Below the pieces are notes generated by a model. That model was given only the letters and a program-made list of their open reading frames with translations. It did not search any database and was not told the DNA's origin. Positions 44,536 to 54,599 of a DNA stretch of 64,000 nt are shown here, one piece after another. Numbering within the stretch: position 1 is the stretch's first letter; each line of letters opens with the position of its first letter. A program made the translations under genes and the position numbers. The stretch spans positions 372,001 through 436,000 of the forward strand of contig JAIVFI010000040.1 in assembly GCA_025558095.1 (NCBI GenBank), written 5' to 3'. Source of the DNA: Hyaloraphidium curvatum SAG 235-1. Its lineage: Eukaryota > Fungi > Monoblepharomycota.

Positions 44536-45698
44536 ATGCGGCTTCTCCTCGTTTTGACCCTGCTGGCAGGCTCTGTGGCTCGTGGCCCGCCGGTGGCGTC
44601 GGCGCCGACAACGAGGTGGGGGGCGAAGTGCACGCAACGCAGCGAAAGCTGACCGACCTCGGTGCCCGTGCGCGGTGCGCTCCTCTGTACATCCTCAGCG
44701 TGGAGAGCCTGCGTGCCGCCCCCGCGAATCCGGTTGCTCACGCAGGCTCGGCGCCCGGGGCGGGCGGCCGCTTGCCGAGGCGAGCGGGGGACGATGACTC
44801 GGATTCGGCTCGGGGAGCGAGCACTGGTTTCGGCCGAGGCGCGGCGGGCGGCATCGTATTCCGGCGCTCGTGCGAGGAATGCCAGGGCTACTGCGAGTAC
44901 GCGTACCCAGGCGCGCCGCCCGACCACGTCGCGTGCACGGACGACGGAGGCAGCATGCATATCCTATACGAGCGCTACGGAGGCGTGGGTTTGCCGCTTG
45001 CACCGGCCCCGGCAGTTAAGGAGATTCTAACGGTGATGCCAAGGCCGACGTCACAGCCGACCCTTGCTCCGCTTCGCCTTGCAGAAACGGCGGCACATGC
45101 AGTGCTACAGGCGAGGCAACCTTCAATTGCGCGTGCACGGAAAGTTTCACGGGCCCCAGTGGGTGCGGCTGTCAGAAGCATGGCTCGTTTGCTGATCCCG
45201 AGGACCTCAGCGTGCGAGAGCATAGTCAACTTCTGTCTGGTGGGCAAGTGCCAGAACGGAGCGTCATGCACCTTCCTCCCGCTCACGTCGCCATATTTCT
45301 TCTGGTACGGTGGAGCCCAGGTCCTCTGTGACTTGCACATCTCAGCATGTAGCGTAACTGCACCCTCCGATCCACGATTCTACGGACGCTCAGCACTTGC
45401 TCTCCGGGCTTCAACGTTACGACCTGTCAGAACGCGTACTTCAAATGCTCGGCGAGCGGCTCCGAGGCGGACCCAGACAAGTGCTACAAATACTTTGTTT
45501 GCAGTGGTGCGGGTGGGTCCTTCACCCAAAAGAGCTGCCCCAAGCTGGGCACAGACCAGGTGGGCCGCCGCGCTCCCACAACGGTGCGGCGTTAATGCTC
45601 CCGATCCACTTCGTCAGTACTTTTTTGACCTAGTCACGAGACAGTGCAAAAGCTCCAAGAAGAACCCAACTGTGTTTCCCGGCTGTTCCTTGACCTAG
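44536..45698 (+). CDS. Secreted protein: signal peptide, pro-region, 2 EGF-like domains and a CBM14 (peritrophin-A/ChtBD2) chitin-binding domain
   Basis: Six exons with canonical GT-AG introns in consistent phase give DPCSASPCRNGGTCSATGEATFNCACTESFTGPTCE, NFCLVGKCQNGASC..YFFCTCSPGFNVTTCQ and FKCSASGSEADPDKCYKYFVC..KSCP..YFFDLVTRQC..PGC. Confidence 0.8.
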
Positions 45699-46003
45699 GC
45701 CCCACTGCGGATTGCTGTAAAGAAACTACCTTCGTCCGCTTCGTCTCGAAAACCAGGTTGGGGATAAGGACCATCTCATAGAACCTAGATCGAGCTATTG
45801 TGAGGCAGAGCTTTGACTAAATGTCAGTGTGTTTGTGGCGTTTGCGGAGCAACATCTTGCCAATGCAATGTGCGCCCCGTGGCGGCACGGATGCGCCGCG
45901 GCTTCTGACGCCATCAGACCATGATGTAGATGATGCGTTTCGGTCCCGTGCTGCCCTGAAGGACATGAAACCCTGGAAAATTCCGATCTTGTAGACGATC
46001 TTG

Positions 46004-46075
46004 CGAAGCCGAGTTCATGGCGCCGATATCGCGGATGCGGGGATGGAGGTCAAGGCCTAACAGCGGAGGCAATAG
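46004..46075 (+). repeat. Degenerate copy of the SDR 3' end at ~43863-43930
   Basis: GAGTTCATGG..CCGATATCGCGGATGCGGGGATGGAGGTCAAGGCCTAA matches GAGTTCATGGCCGAGATTGCGGCGGCGGGGATGGAGGTCAAAGTCTGA. Confidence 0.75.
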
Positions 46076-46280
46076 AACGATATCGATCAATTATAATCCC
46101 GATTGATTAGTGCATGAGGGATGGCGATGTCCAGGCTCTCGGTGACTCGATGAGGAGGGTGACGTGGCATCCCTACTCAACCGCGACTCAGCAAACAACC
46201 CTGTTTCGCCCACGGCCGCCGTCGCAAACCTCTTCCACGACTCTTTCACGTCACCCGCTACCCGCGTAGAACCAAGCACA

Positions 46281-47162
46281 ATGTCGGCTCGCCGCACCGA
46301 CCCCCTCGAAAGCACCACCTCGTCGTCCGGCATCACCGGCGTCCCCACCAGCGGTGCCGGCGTCACCTCTTCTTCCATGCCCGGTGCGAGCCTCTGCTCT
46401 CCCGCGCTCAGCCTGTCGCTTACCTTTCGGAGCAGCGGCGGGCACCGACAGCCCCATCCGCATGATGGAGAGCACCTCCGGCCACCCGACCACCGAGCAC
46501 GGCATGCCCGGGGTGTCTTCGGGCGCCACGGGCGGGTACGGCAGCATTGCTGGCACCGGGTACTCCAGTACCGCCGGCACGACCGACTACGGCACTACCG
46601 GGGCCGGCACGGGCCTCGCCGGGGACACCAGCCGCGGCTTCTCCGAGAGCGGCGTGGGCTCCGTCCCCGGATCGACCGGATACGGCTCGCACGGGATCAC
46701 CGCCGCCGGGGTCACCGGCACGGGCACGGACGCGTACGGCCAGCCGACACCCGTGGCGCACGAGGCGGCCAAGCCTTCCAAGGTCGGCGGGGCGATGGAC
46801 AAGATGATGGGGTCGGTCAAGGTGGGGCGTGGCCTGCCCCATGGGCGGAAAACGGCTACTGATGCCTGTTTGTCTGCAACAGGAAGGGCTCGGGAGTATG
46901 ACCGGCTCGCACGGCATGCAGGCCGCCGGGCACGAGCAGAAGCTCGAGGGGCAGGCCAGGATCGACGCCGCCAAGGTACAGTCCCCTCCTTCCGTCCCCT
47001 CCAGCGAGCTGCGCTGACCCCAGATTTCCATAGGCGGAGAAGGAGATCAAGGGCACCCAGAAGGTCGCCGAGGGCGACATGAAGCAGCACTACGGCACCA
47101 TGGGCCAGGGGGTCACGGGCACCGCCGAGGAGGCCGTGGGGCACACGCGGAGGATGCACTGA
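46281..47162 (+). CDS. CsbD-like hydrophilic stress protein with a Gly/Thr-rich N-terminal extension
   Basis: Spliced KPSKVGGAMDKMMGSVK/EGLGSMTGSHGMQAAGHEQKLEGQARIDAAK/AEKEIKGTQKVAEG. Three introns. Confidence 0.75.
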
Positions 47163-47619
47163 TCAGGCAGAGGGGAGATCTTGAAGCTGCTTCGTTTCCT
47201 TTTCTTCGCGCGATGGCGCTGTACATGTCTTGATGCGTCCTGCTGAATAGCTTACGTCGCTTCCACCCCCGTTCTGCCTCCCCCTCGTCCAGCCTGTCCT
47301 CATCACACCTCATCGCCAGTTCCTCCAACACTTCCTTACGAGCCTCTTCCTTTGGTTCCCGACTCGCTGGGACTCCGCTCAGAGGGAAGGCAATTCGGGA
47401 GTGCGGTGCAACGGGCCTGTCACATGCTGCGGCTTCGGGCTTCGGTCCTCCGGGCTTCGCTTCCTGTCCGGATTGGTGGTTCGGGCTTGTGGTTCGGGCT
47501 TCGCTCCTCGTCCGCATTGGCGGAAACTGGGGGGCGGCGGTGGCTGTGGGGAGGCTTTCGGGTGCGGTGTCCCAGCGCGAGGGAGACGCAACGCCACGGG
47601 GCTTTCCGCCGCAAGTCGA

Positions 47620-47626
47620 TATATAA
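47620..47626 (+). promoter_or_regulatory. TATA box of the second CsbD-like gene
   Basis: TATATAA in a GC-rich context about 90 bp upstream of the ATG at 47712. Confidence 0.55.
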
Positions 47627-47711
47627 GCTCGCTCTCCGACCTTCCGGCAGTATCACCACCGCTGCGCAATCAACCATTCGCACGTCTACGCAGCCGCCAT
47701 ACCGCATCGCC

Positions 47712-48132
47712 ATGTCGTCGCACACCACCACCTCCGGCAAGCCTTCCACGGTCGGTGGGACTGTGGACAAGATGGTCGGGTCCGTGAAGGTGGGACATTC
47801 CTTGCTGCGCGGGGTGGGAGCGGGGTTCTGACGGCCGCTTTCCGTTCGACGTAGGAGACCGTCGGGAACGCGACCGGCTCGCAGTCCCTGCAGGCCGAGG
47901 GCCAGCTGAAGAAGCTCGAGGGGGAGGCCAGGATCCAAGCCGCCAAGGTGCCGCGCCTCCTTCTCCCCCGACTCGGGCCGCGCTGACAAACGTTCCCGCG
48001 CAGGTCCAGAACGAGATCGAGGGCACCAAGAAGGTCGTCGAGGGCGACCTGAAGCAGCGATTCGGCACCGCGGGGCAGGGCATCTCGGGCGCCGCCGAGG
48101 AGGCCGCGGGGCACATCCAGAGGGGGCACTGA
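47712..48132 (+). CDS. CsbD-like small stress protein (paralogue of 46281..47162)
   Basis: MSSHTTTSGKPSTVGGTVDKMVGSVK/ETVGNATGSQSLQAEGQLKKLEGEARIQAAK/VQNEIEGTKKVVEG; same intron positions as the paralogue. Confidence 0.8.
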
Positions 48133-48345
48133 GGCGGGAGCGTGGTCTTCAAGCAGTAGCTCTCCTTTATCATTAGGCGGTGAAAACGCGCGCATCTTAC
48201 TACAAGTCGATTAACTTAGCGTCGCGTGGTCCGTTTTTCCTCTGTTGTCCTCCCGGTCCCTCCCTGGCGCTCCTTCTACCCCGCCCGGTAGCTCCCGCCC
48301 CAACGAAACTTGCCCGCATCCGGCACGTGAACACCGTGGCCGCCT

Positions 48346-49425
48346 TCAGAGGGCCACGAAGACCGCGCCGACGGCCGCCACGGCGCCGATCACGCCCGCC
48401 GAAACCCTGCCGGCCGAGGCGGGGCGCGAGGTCGTCGTGGGGGCCGCGGTCGTCGGGGCGGCGCTGCTGGTGGCAGGAGCAGATGTGGTGACAGTAACAA
48501 AGGACGTGCGGGTGGTGGGGGCCACCGTGGCGGTCGCGGTGGCGCTGGTAGCCGGGACGTCGACCTTGGCGCACTCTGGGGCAAGGAGGAAGGAGCACGA
48601 GGTCAGAAAAGGCGAACGGGACCGCGCGTAGGCGGGCACCCACTTCCTTCAGCGCTGAAGGTGCCGATGGGGATGACGCTGCAGTTGCCGTTCAGGACGA
48701 TCTGGATGCCGGGGATGGGCGACGCGCAGGCGGTGTCGGTGAAGGCGTCAATCACGCCGGTGCCATTGGCGTTGCAGGTTGCCTTGCCCGAGCCGGGGAT
48801 GCCGATGGCGCTCAGCGAAGTGCAGGAGCCGGCCCTGACCGCGGTGACGCCGAGGGTCTGGCTCAGGTCCGTGGTGTTGCAGTTGGTGTTGAGGAAGATG
48901 CGGCCCTCGGCAAAGTCGCCGACCGTGCCGGGCGGGTAAACGGGGGCAAAGGTTGTCGAGCACGTGGTGATGTTGGAGGCGGCGCCGTCGACGTTGCACT
49001 TTCCGGTCTGCGCGATGACGATGGGGTCCGTGCACGACGGCACGCCCTGCACGGGCACGACGGTGATGACCTGAGCCTGGCCTGCAAGTAAACTGGTCAG
49101 AACGTGCTTGAAAACACGATGACCCCGTTACGAGCAGCCTTTCTGGCGCAGGCCGCCCGCCGACGAATGGGGGACGGGACGCGGGGACGCGCCACCGCTC
49201 ATAACGCGCGCGGGCAGGGCCACAACGCGACGCCCCGTTGCGGGCTCAATCTCCGTCCTTTTCTCGGCAGCCTGCCTCCCAAGACGCGTCGCTTTCGTGC
49301 TCACCGCTGCAGTTGGCGTTCGGGAATGTGGCGAACGAGAAGTAGAGGAGGTTCTGCGCGGCAGCCGGGCGCGCGCACGCGGCGACGACGAGGGCGGCAA
49401 GGAGAACGAGCGCGGCACGGGACAT
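48346..49425 (-). CDS. Secreted Cys-rich, probably GPI-anchored protein (ectodomain twin of the receptor kinase)
   Basis: Signal peptide MSRAALVLLAALVVAACARPAAAQ, Cys-rich domain, T/A/S stalk, TSRPASAGR and a hydrophobic tail. Two introns. Confidence 0.82.
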
Positions 49426-49732
49426 GGCGCGGGAGGGTTCCAAAGGCGCGTGAAAACGGGGGGACGAAAAACTGATGGGGACGGTGGAGACGTTGCCGCC
49501 GTGCCCAACACGCCGTGTGGCCAGACCACACGAACATTCGACGGGGCGCAGCAGGCTCTTTAAAGCTCAAGGCGAGAGACAAGAAGAAAAGATTCGTTGA
49601 CTGCAATCCACAAGTCTTTGCGGGTTGGATGGCCCTCACGCCCGCCGACTCCTTGCCCAGGGACAAGGCGGATCAAGACGACACACACGACCGCCAACAC
49701 GACGCCGTTCAACTTGCAGCCACGGCATCCGA

Positions 49733-50875
49733 TCAATCCGCCTCGGGCACCCCGAACCTCTCCACCAGCTCCGGCCAGAACCGCCTCGCCACGCTCGGGT
49801 ACTGCCTCGTCCTGTTGAGCATCCACCTCTCCGCGTCCCCCGCGAGGTCCTGCCCCGTCCAGCCCGGCTCGGCGTCCGTCCGCGCGTTCAGAGCGAGGGG
49901 GTTGCGCTCGGCGGGCAGGACGGATTCCGGAAGTGGTTCGACGCGGGTTTCGAAGGATGGAGAAAGGAAGTAAGGGAGGCTGATGCGTCCGCCGCGGACG
50001 AGGAGGGTGTTGACGCGGTGGGTGGTAGCCGGGCAGCGCCCTCGACTAAAATGGTCAAATGGAATTGCTAGGTTGACGGCGACGGTGCCGGGAATGTGAG
50101 GCACGTCCGTCCAGTCCCCGCTCCAGTTCTGCACCTGAAGCCCCGGTCCATCCGAGACGACCAGGGTGATCCAAGAGGCCGCGTCGCGGTGCGGGCCTAG
50201 TCCCTGGACAAAGTCCTCGTCCCCCTGCTCGTCCGCCCCGAGTGCCGGATAATGCGACAGCTTGGCGAAGAGGAACGGCTCGTTCCGCACAAAGTGTTCG
50301 TCCATGTAGACCTCCGGCAGCCCCAGCGTCCGCATCATGAGCGCGTTGACGGCGTGGAACGTCGCCCTGCAAGCGTCCCAGTACCGCTCCATCGCGGGCC
50401 TGAAATCGGGCAGCGCCTTCTCGTCCGGCCACACGTTGGGCCCCTGCAGCACCCTCTTCCACAGCGGCGCCTCGGGGTCCGTGCACGGCGGCCGGTCGAA
50501 GCCGGCGTCGAAGTTCTCGCGCCGGTTGGGCCGCCACATGGTGCGCTCCTCGCCGAGGGGCATCCACCCGCGGAAGTGCGGCGAGAGGCGGCAATCCACT
50601 TTAGCTTTTTCCTCCTCGGGGAGGGAGAAGAAGAAGCGGGCCTGTTGAATGGCCTCGGCGGCGATTTCCTCTGTGACGGGCGAGCCGGCGACGAGGAAGA
50701 ACCCGACGTCGAAGAGGGCTCGGTGCATGGTGCGGAGGAGCTCGGGTTCGCGCGGCGTGCCAAGGAGGGAGAGGTCGGCGATTGGGATAGCCGGTTCCCC
50801 GGGGGCAGGGGCGGAGGGGTGCTTGGAAGGGGCAGTGTCTCCCGCGGCTGCGGGGGCGGCGTCGCCGTCGGGCAT
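49733..50875 (-). CDS. 2-oxoglutarate/Fe(II)-dependent oxygenase (IPNS/DIOX family), intronless
   Basis: IPIADLS, DVGFFLV, SPHFRGW, LQGPNVWP, GLGPHRD (HxD), ATTHRV, RISLPYF. Confidence 0.9.
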   Translation of the reverse strand: MPDGDAAPAAAGDTAPSKHPSAPAPGEPAIPIADLSLLGTPREPELLRTMHRALFDVGFFLVAGSPVTEEIAAEAIQQARFFFSLPEEEKAKVDCRLSPHFRGWMPLGEERTMWRPNRRENFDAGFDRPPCTDPEAPLWKRVLQGPNVWPDEKALPDFRPAMERYWDACRATFHAVNALMMRTLGLPEVYMDEHFVRNEPFLFAKLSHYPALGADEQGDEDFVQGLGPHRDAASWITLVVSDGPGLQVQNWSGDWTDVPHIPGTVAVNLAIPFDHFSRGRCPATTHRVNTLLVRGGRISLPYFLSPSFETRVEPLPESVLPAERNPLALNARTDAEPGWTGQDLAGDAERWMLNRTRQYPSVARRFWPELVERFGVPEAD

Positions 50876-51310
50876 CGTGCGCCTTCGTTCCTCGGAGTAC
50901 ACGACGTCGACTCGGTGCTCGGGAGGAGAGGAGGAAGAAAACGGTGTGCCGATGCTGCCCACCCTGGGCTCAGGGGATTTGGAGGCGAAGATGGCGCAAT
51001 GGACGCGGGCCGTGCGTGGTTACGGTTGTTTGCGGCGCCTCACCACCGCCAGCGAAAACGAACTTCGGCAACTTCGTCAGCATGCCGCGCCCGCGCCCTA
51101 GGCCCGGGGCCAACCAGTTCATTCCGCCGCCTTCGGGGGACGACGAAAACGACGATTGATGATGCGCAGGGATCTGATGCGCACGGAGGGAAAAGACGAT
51201 TCCTGAAAAGCAAGGAGGCGCGCGACCGAGGGAAAAAGAATGTGTCGCATGTAATGGTGCAGAATAGTCCGCGAATCTCGAGCCCAGCCCAATCTCAATG
51301 CCATGGTGGA

Positions 51311-51950
51311 TCACTCCGCGTCTGCAGCCAGCTCCGATGCCACGTTCGTCCTCAGCTTGATGTCGTTCCGCGGGTAGGCGACGCAGGCCAGCACGTATCC
51401 CTCCCTGATCTGATCCTCGTCCAGGAATCCCTGCCCGCCCTGCTTCACGTCCCCGGGCTTGCTGCCCCCGACCAGCTTGCACGCTGCTCCGCGCGTCAGC
51501 ACCGAATGCCGGCCCCGTGGCGCGCGGGGCCCACCGCACTGGAGGCATCCCCCGTTCCGGCACCCGTCGTCGAACGGCAGGTCGATCCCGGCCTCCTGCG
51601 CGGCGTCGAGGATCGAGTGGTGCTCCGAGATGGGGATGGTTTGGGCGATGTCCTTTGGCGGGGAGGGGATCAGGAGCGGCGGGGGCGAAGATGCGTCCGG
51701 GGCACCTCGTCCTGGATCAGGGTCACTGAAAGACACATCGGGCGTTCAGCAATCACGATGGGCGCGGACGGAGGGGCGTCCCACCGCGGTACACCTTCGG
51801 CACCCTCCTCGCCGGCTCCGCGTCCTTCACCGCAGTCTCCGGGCCGACAAGGCCGTACGCCGCCGGCCCCGAGCCCGTGGCTTCGGTGGGCACGGAATCG
51901 GCGGGCAGCGCGGGGCGCTCGCGGAGCGTGCGGACGTCGACTTCCTCCAT
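51311..51950 (-). CDS. Plant/cyanobacterial-type [2Fe-2S] ferredoxin with an N-terminal extension, 3 introns
   Basis: Spliced KVYRVTLIQDEDIAQTIPISEHHSILDAAQEAGIDLPFDDGCRNGGCLQCACKL..QGFLDEDQIREGYVLACVAYPRND; Cx4Cx2C...C ligand set. Confidence 0.85.
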
Positions 51951-52054
51951 TGGGGGACCGAGCGGGGATTCGGGAGGGGTGCGGAGAAAGCGGGGCTGAC
52001 GTCCCGCGCAAACTTCAACTGTCCCTTCTAGTTCCGCTGCGAGGTTCTCCTCCG

Positions 52055-54512
52055 TCACCCTTCCTTCATGGCGCTGAGTTCGTTGAAAACGGCGATGAAA
52101 GCTGGTCGCATGGAGGGGTCGTGATCCCAGCAACGCTCCATCAAGGACCACAGCCGGTCGTCGGTTCCTGGCGGCTTCTCGGGCCTTTTCCTGAGGACCG
52201 CAACTTGGTACATGAGCTGGTGTGGAGAGACTTAGGGCGGGGCCCAACAGCTCCGGGATGCCGTGCCACTCACCGCTGGAATGTTGGTCGCGTTCTCAAA
52301 CGGATACCTTCCCTTGCTGACGACCTCGTACATCAGCATGCCGAACGCATAGACGTCGGCGGGAGCCCGCAATGGCTGTCCCTCTAGGATCTCGGGCGCG
52401 ACGAAGCCGGGGGTCCCCGAAATCCCGCCGGGAGCCGTGGTCGCCTTGGAAGCGTGGTGCCGCATCCGCGATAGTCCGAAGTCCGCAATGACGGCCCTTT
52501 CGCCGTCCACGAGGACGTTTGCCGCCTTGATGTCGCCGTGCAGGATGTTCCGGGTGTGCAGGTAGACCATGCCCGCCGCGGCGTCGCGGAGATACCGAAT
52601 CCCCGTTTGCGGATCCCAGTTCTTCGCGGCAATAGCTTTCCGCAGGTTCCCGTCCGGCATGAATTCCGAGATGAGCATTGGAGGCGACTGGCAGAACGCC
52701 ATTAGGGGCAATACTGTTCGAGTGCGTGTCAAAAGCGCAAGCAGACAACGCTGGTCATTACGCACCGTTCCGATGGATGAGACCGTGCCACGTGCGTGCT
52801 TCCTTCAAAAACACGGCCCAGCCTTCCGCATCCAAACCGCCCCGGAGCGTCTTGACGGCGACTCTAGTCGTGCCAAACAGGATCCCTTCGTAGACCGTGC
52901 CGAAACCCCTTTCTCCGACAGGCTTCGTCGAGTCCACAACGATCTGGCCGGGCTCGATGAGAAGCTTGTGAAGCGGATCGGATGTTGCGACGAGGTCCGA
53001 GGGCTCTCCCGGGGAGCTAGACGGAGAGATGGCCGCCGCAGCAAGAATGCCCGAACCAGCTCCCAGTGGGGATTCTGGAGCGTCTGTGACATCAACCGGA
53101 AGGACAGCTGGGGATGCTCCGGCGGGAGTGCTGGAAGATTCCGACCCTGGCTCCTTCTTGGGAGGCAAGGCGACGGCGGTGTTCTGCGTCTCCTTCGAAA
53201 CAACGGTGTTCTGCGAGAGAAGAAGTTGGCTGCGTTCCGCCATCGTCTGCGAAGGTGCTCACCATGGCAAGTGTAGGCACATCCGATGATGCGGAGTCCG
53301 GAACACTTGCAACAATGGCCATAGCTGGTCTAGCAGTAGCGGTTGATGTGATATCTTTGGCCGTTCCCTTATCCTGTCCTTGAAACCTAGCAGGCGCCGC
53401 AGGTGGTGGGGCGCCTCCTTTCTCAGTCTCCTTAGAAACGGTGGCGGCAGCAGGAGCCTCGGATTTCCGGCGCCGCGACCAGAGAATGAAACCGAGGATG
53501 GCTCCAACCGCCGCGAGGCCTCCGATGACACCGCCAAGTATCGCTCCGATCGGCGCTCCACCTCCGCCCGTATCGGGGGGCGGCACCACTGTAGGAGTCG
53601 CGGTTGTTGAGGTTGTGGTTGTTGTCGCGACCGTCGTCCTCGAGGTTGAAGTCGCCAAGGCTGACGTCGTGACGGGGTCGCTAACTCTCGCGCAGTCTGT
53701 ATTGATCCGGTAAGCGGCTCGTCACTGCCCGCAAGCCACTGTGAAAACGCCTACTTCCGATGGCGCTGAAGCTGCCGACGGGAATGACGCTGCAGTTGCC
53801 GTTCAGGACGATCTGGATGCCGGGGATGGGCGACGCGCAGGCGGCGTCAGTGAAGGCGTCGATCACACCGGTGCCGTTGGCGTTGCAGATGGCCTTGCCC
53901 GAGCCGGGGATGCCGATGGCGCTCAGCGAAGTGCAGGAGCCGGCCCTGACGGCGGTCACGCCGAGGGTCTGGCTCAGGTCCGTGGTGTTGCAGTTGGTGT
54001 TGAGGAAGATGCGGCCCTCGGCAAAGTCGCCGACCGTGCCGGGCGGGTAAACGGGGGCAAAGGTCGTCGAGCACGTGGTGATGTTGGAGAATGGGCCGTC
54101 GATATTGCACTTTCCGGTCTGGGCGACGACGATAGGGTCCGTGCAAGAGGGAACGTATGGGCACCACGGTGATGACCTGCGCCTGACCTTAGGGCGACCA
54201 GGCCTTAACCAAAGGCCAGGCCATAGAACAACGAAGGTTTGCCCCACCAGCGCAATTGGGGTCCGCGAAGGTCGCGAACGAGAAGTAGAGCAGCGTCCCC
54301 TGAGCCGCCGCGGGTCGCGTCAAACAGGCGAAGGCCAAAAGAACGATAGCACGCTGCCATAGCGAGGAAGCATCGTCCCGAGACTGCTGCCGGCGAGGTC
54401 TTGGCGAGGTGGGGACCCTGCCACCTCCCGAAAGTGCCGGCGGGGAGACGGGAATCCTGCGCCGTGGAGAGGTGGGGCAGCGCGGCGGAGGCGCGGTCGA
54501 GGGTTGTCGCAT
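52055..54512 (-). CDS. Single-pass receptor-like kinase (TKL group) with a Cys-rich ectodomain; exon-2 frameshift, possibly a pseudogene
   Basis: Signal-like RAIVLLAFACLTRPAAAQ, ectodomain, T-rich stalk, TM IGAILGGVIGGLAAVGAILGFILW + RRRK, kinase VAVK, LHGDIKAANVLV, ADFGLS, GTPGFVAPE, DVYAFG, CWDHDPSMRP; stop TGA at 52055-52057. Five introns. Start uncertain. Confidence 0.8.
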
Positions 54513-54599
54513 TCCTCGGAGTGAGATTCGACCGGCGTTTTGGACAGTGGGCGCCGTCGGTGTCTGAAGGCGAGAGAGACGGAGGCGGGGCACGATCAG

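Noticed and set aside
51311-54512. Kinase-ferredoxin fusion
   Set aside because: The kinase ends at TGA 52055-52057 right after subdomain XI, and the ferredoxin has its own ATG at 51950.
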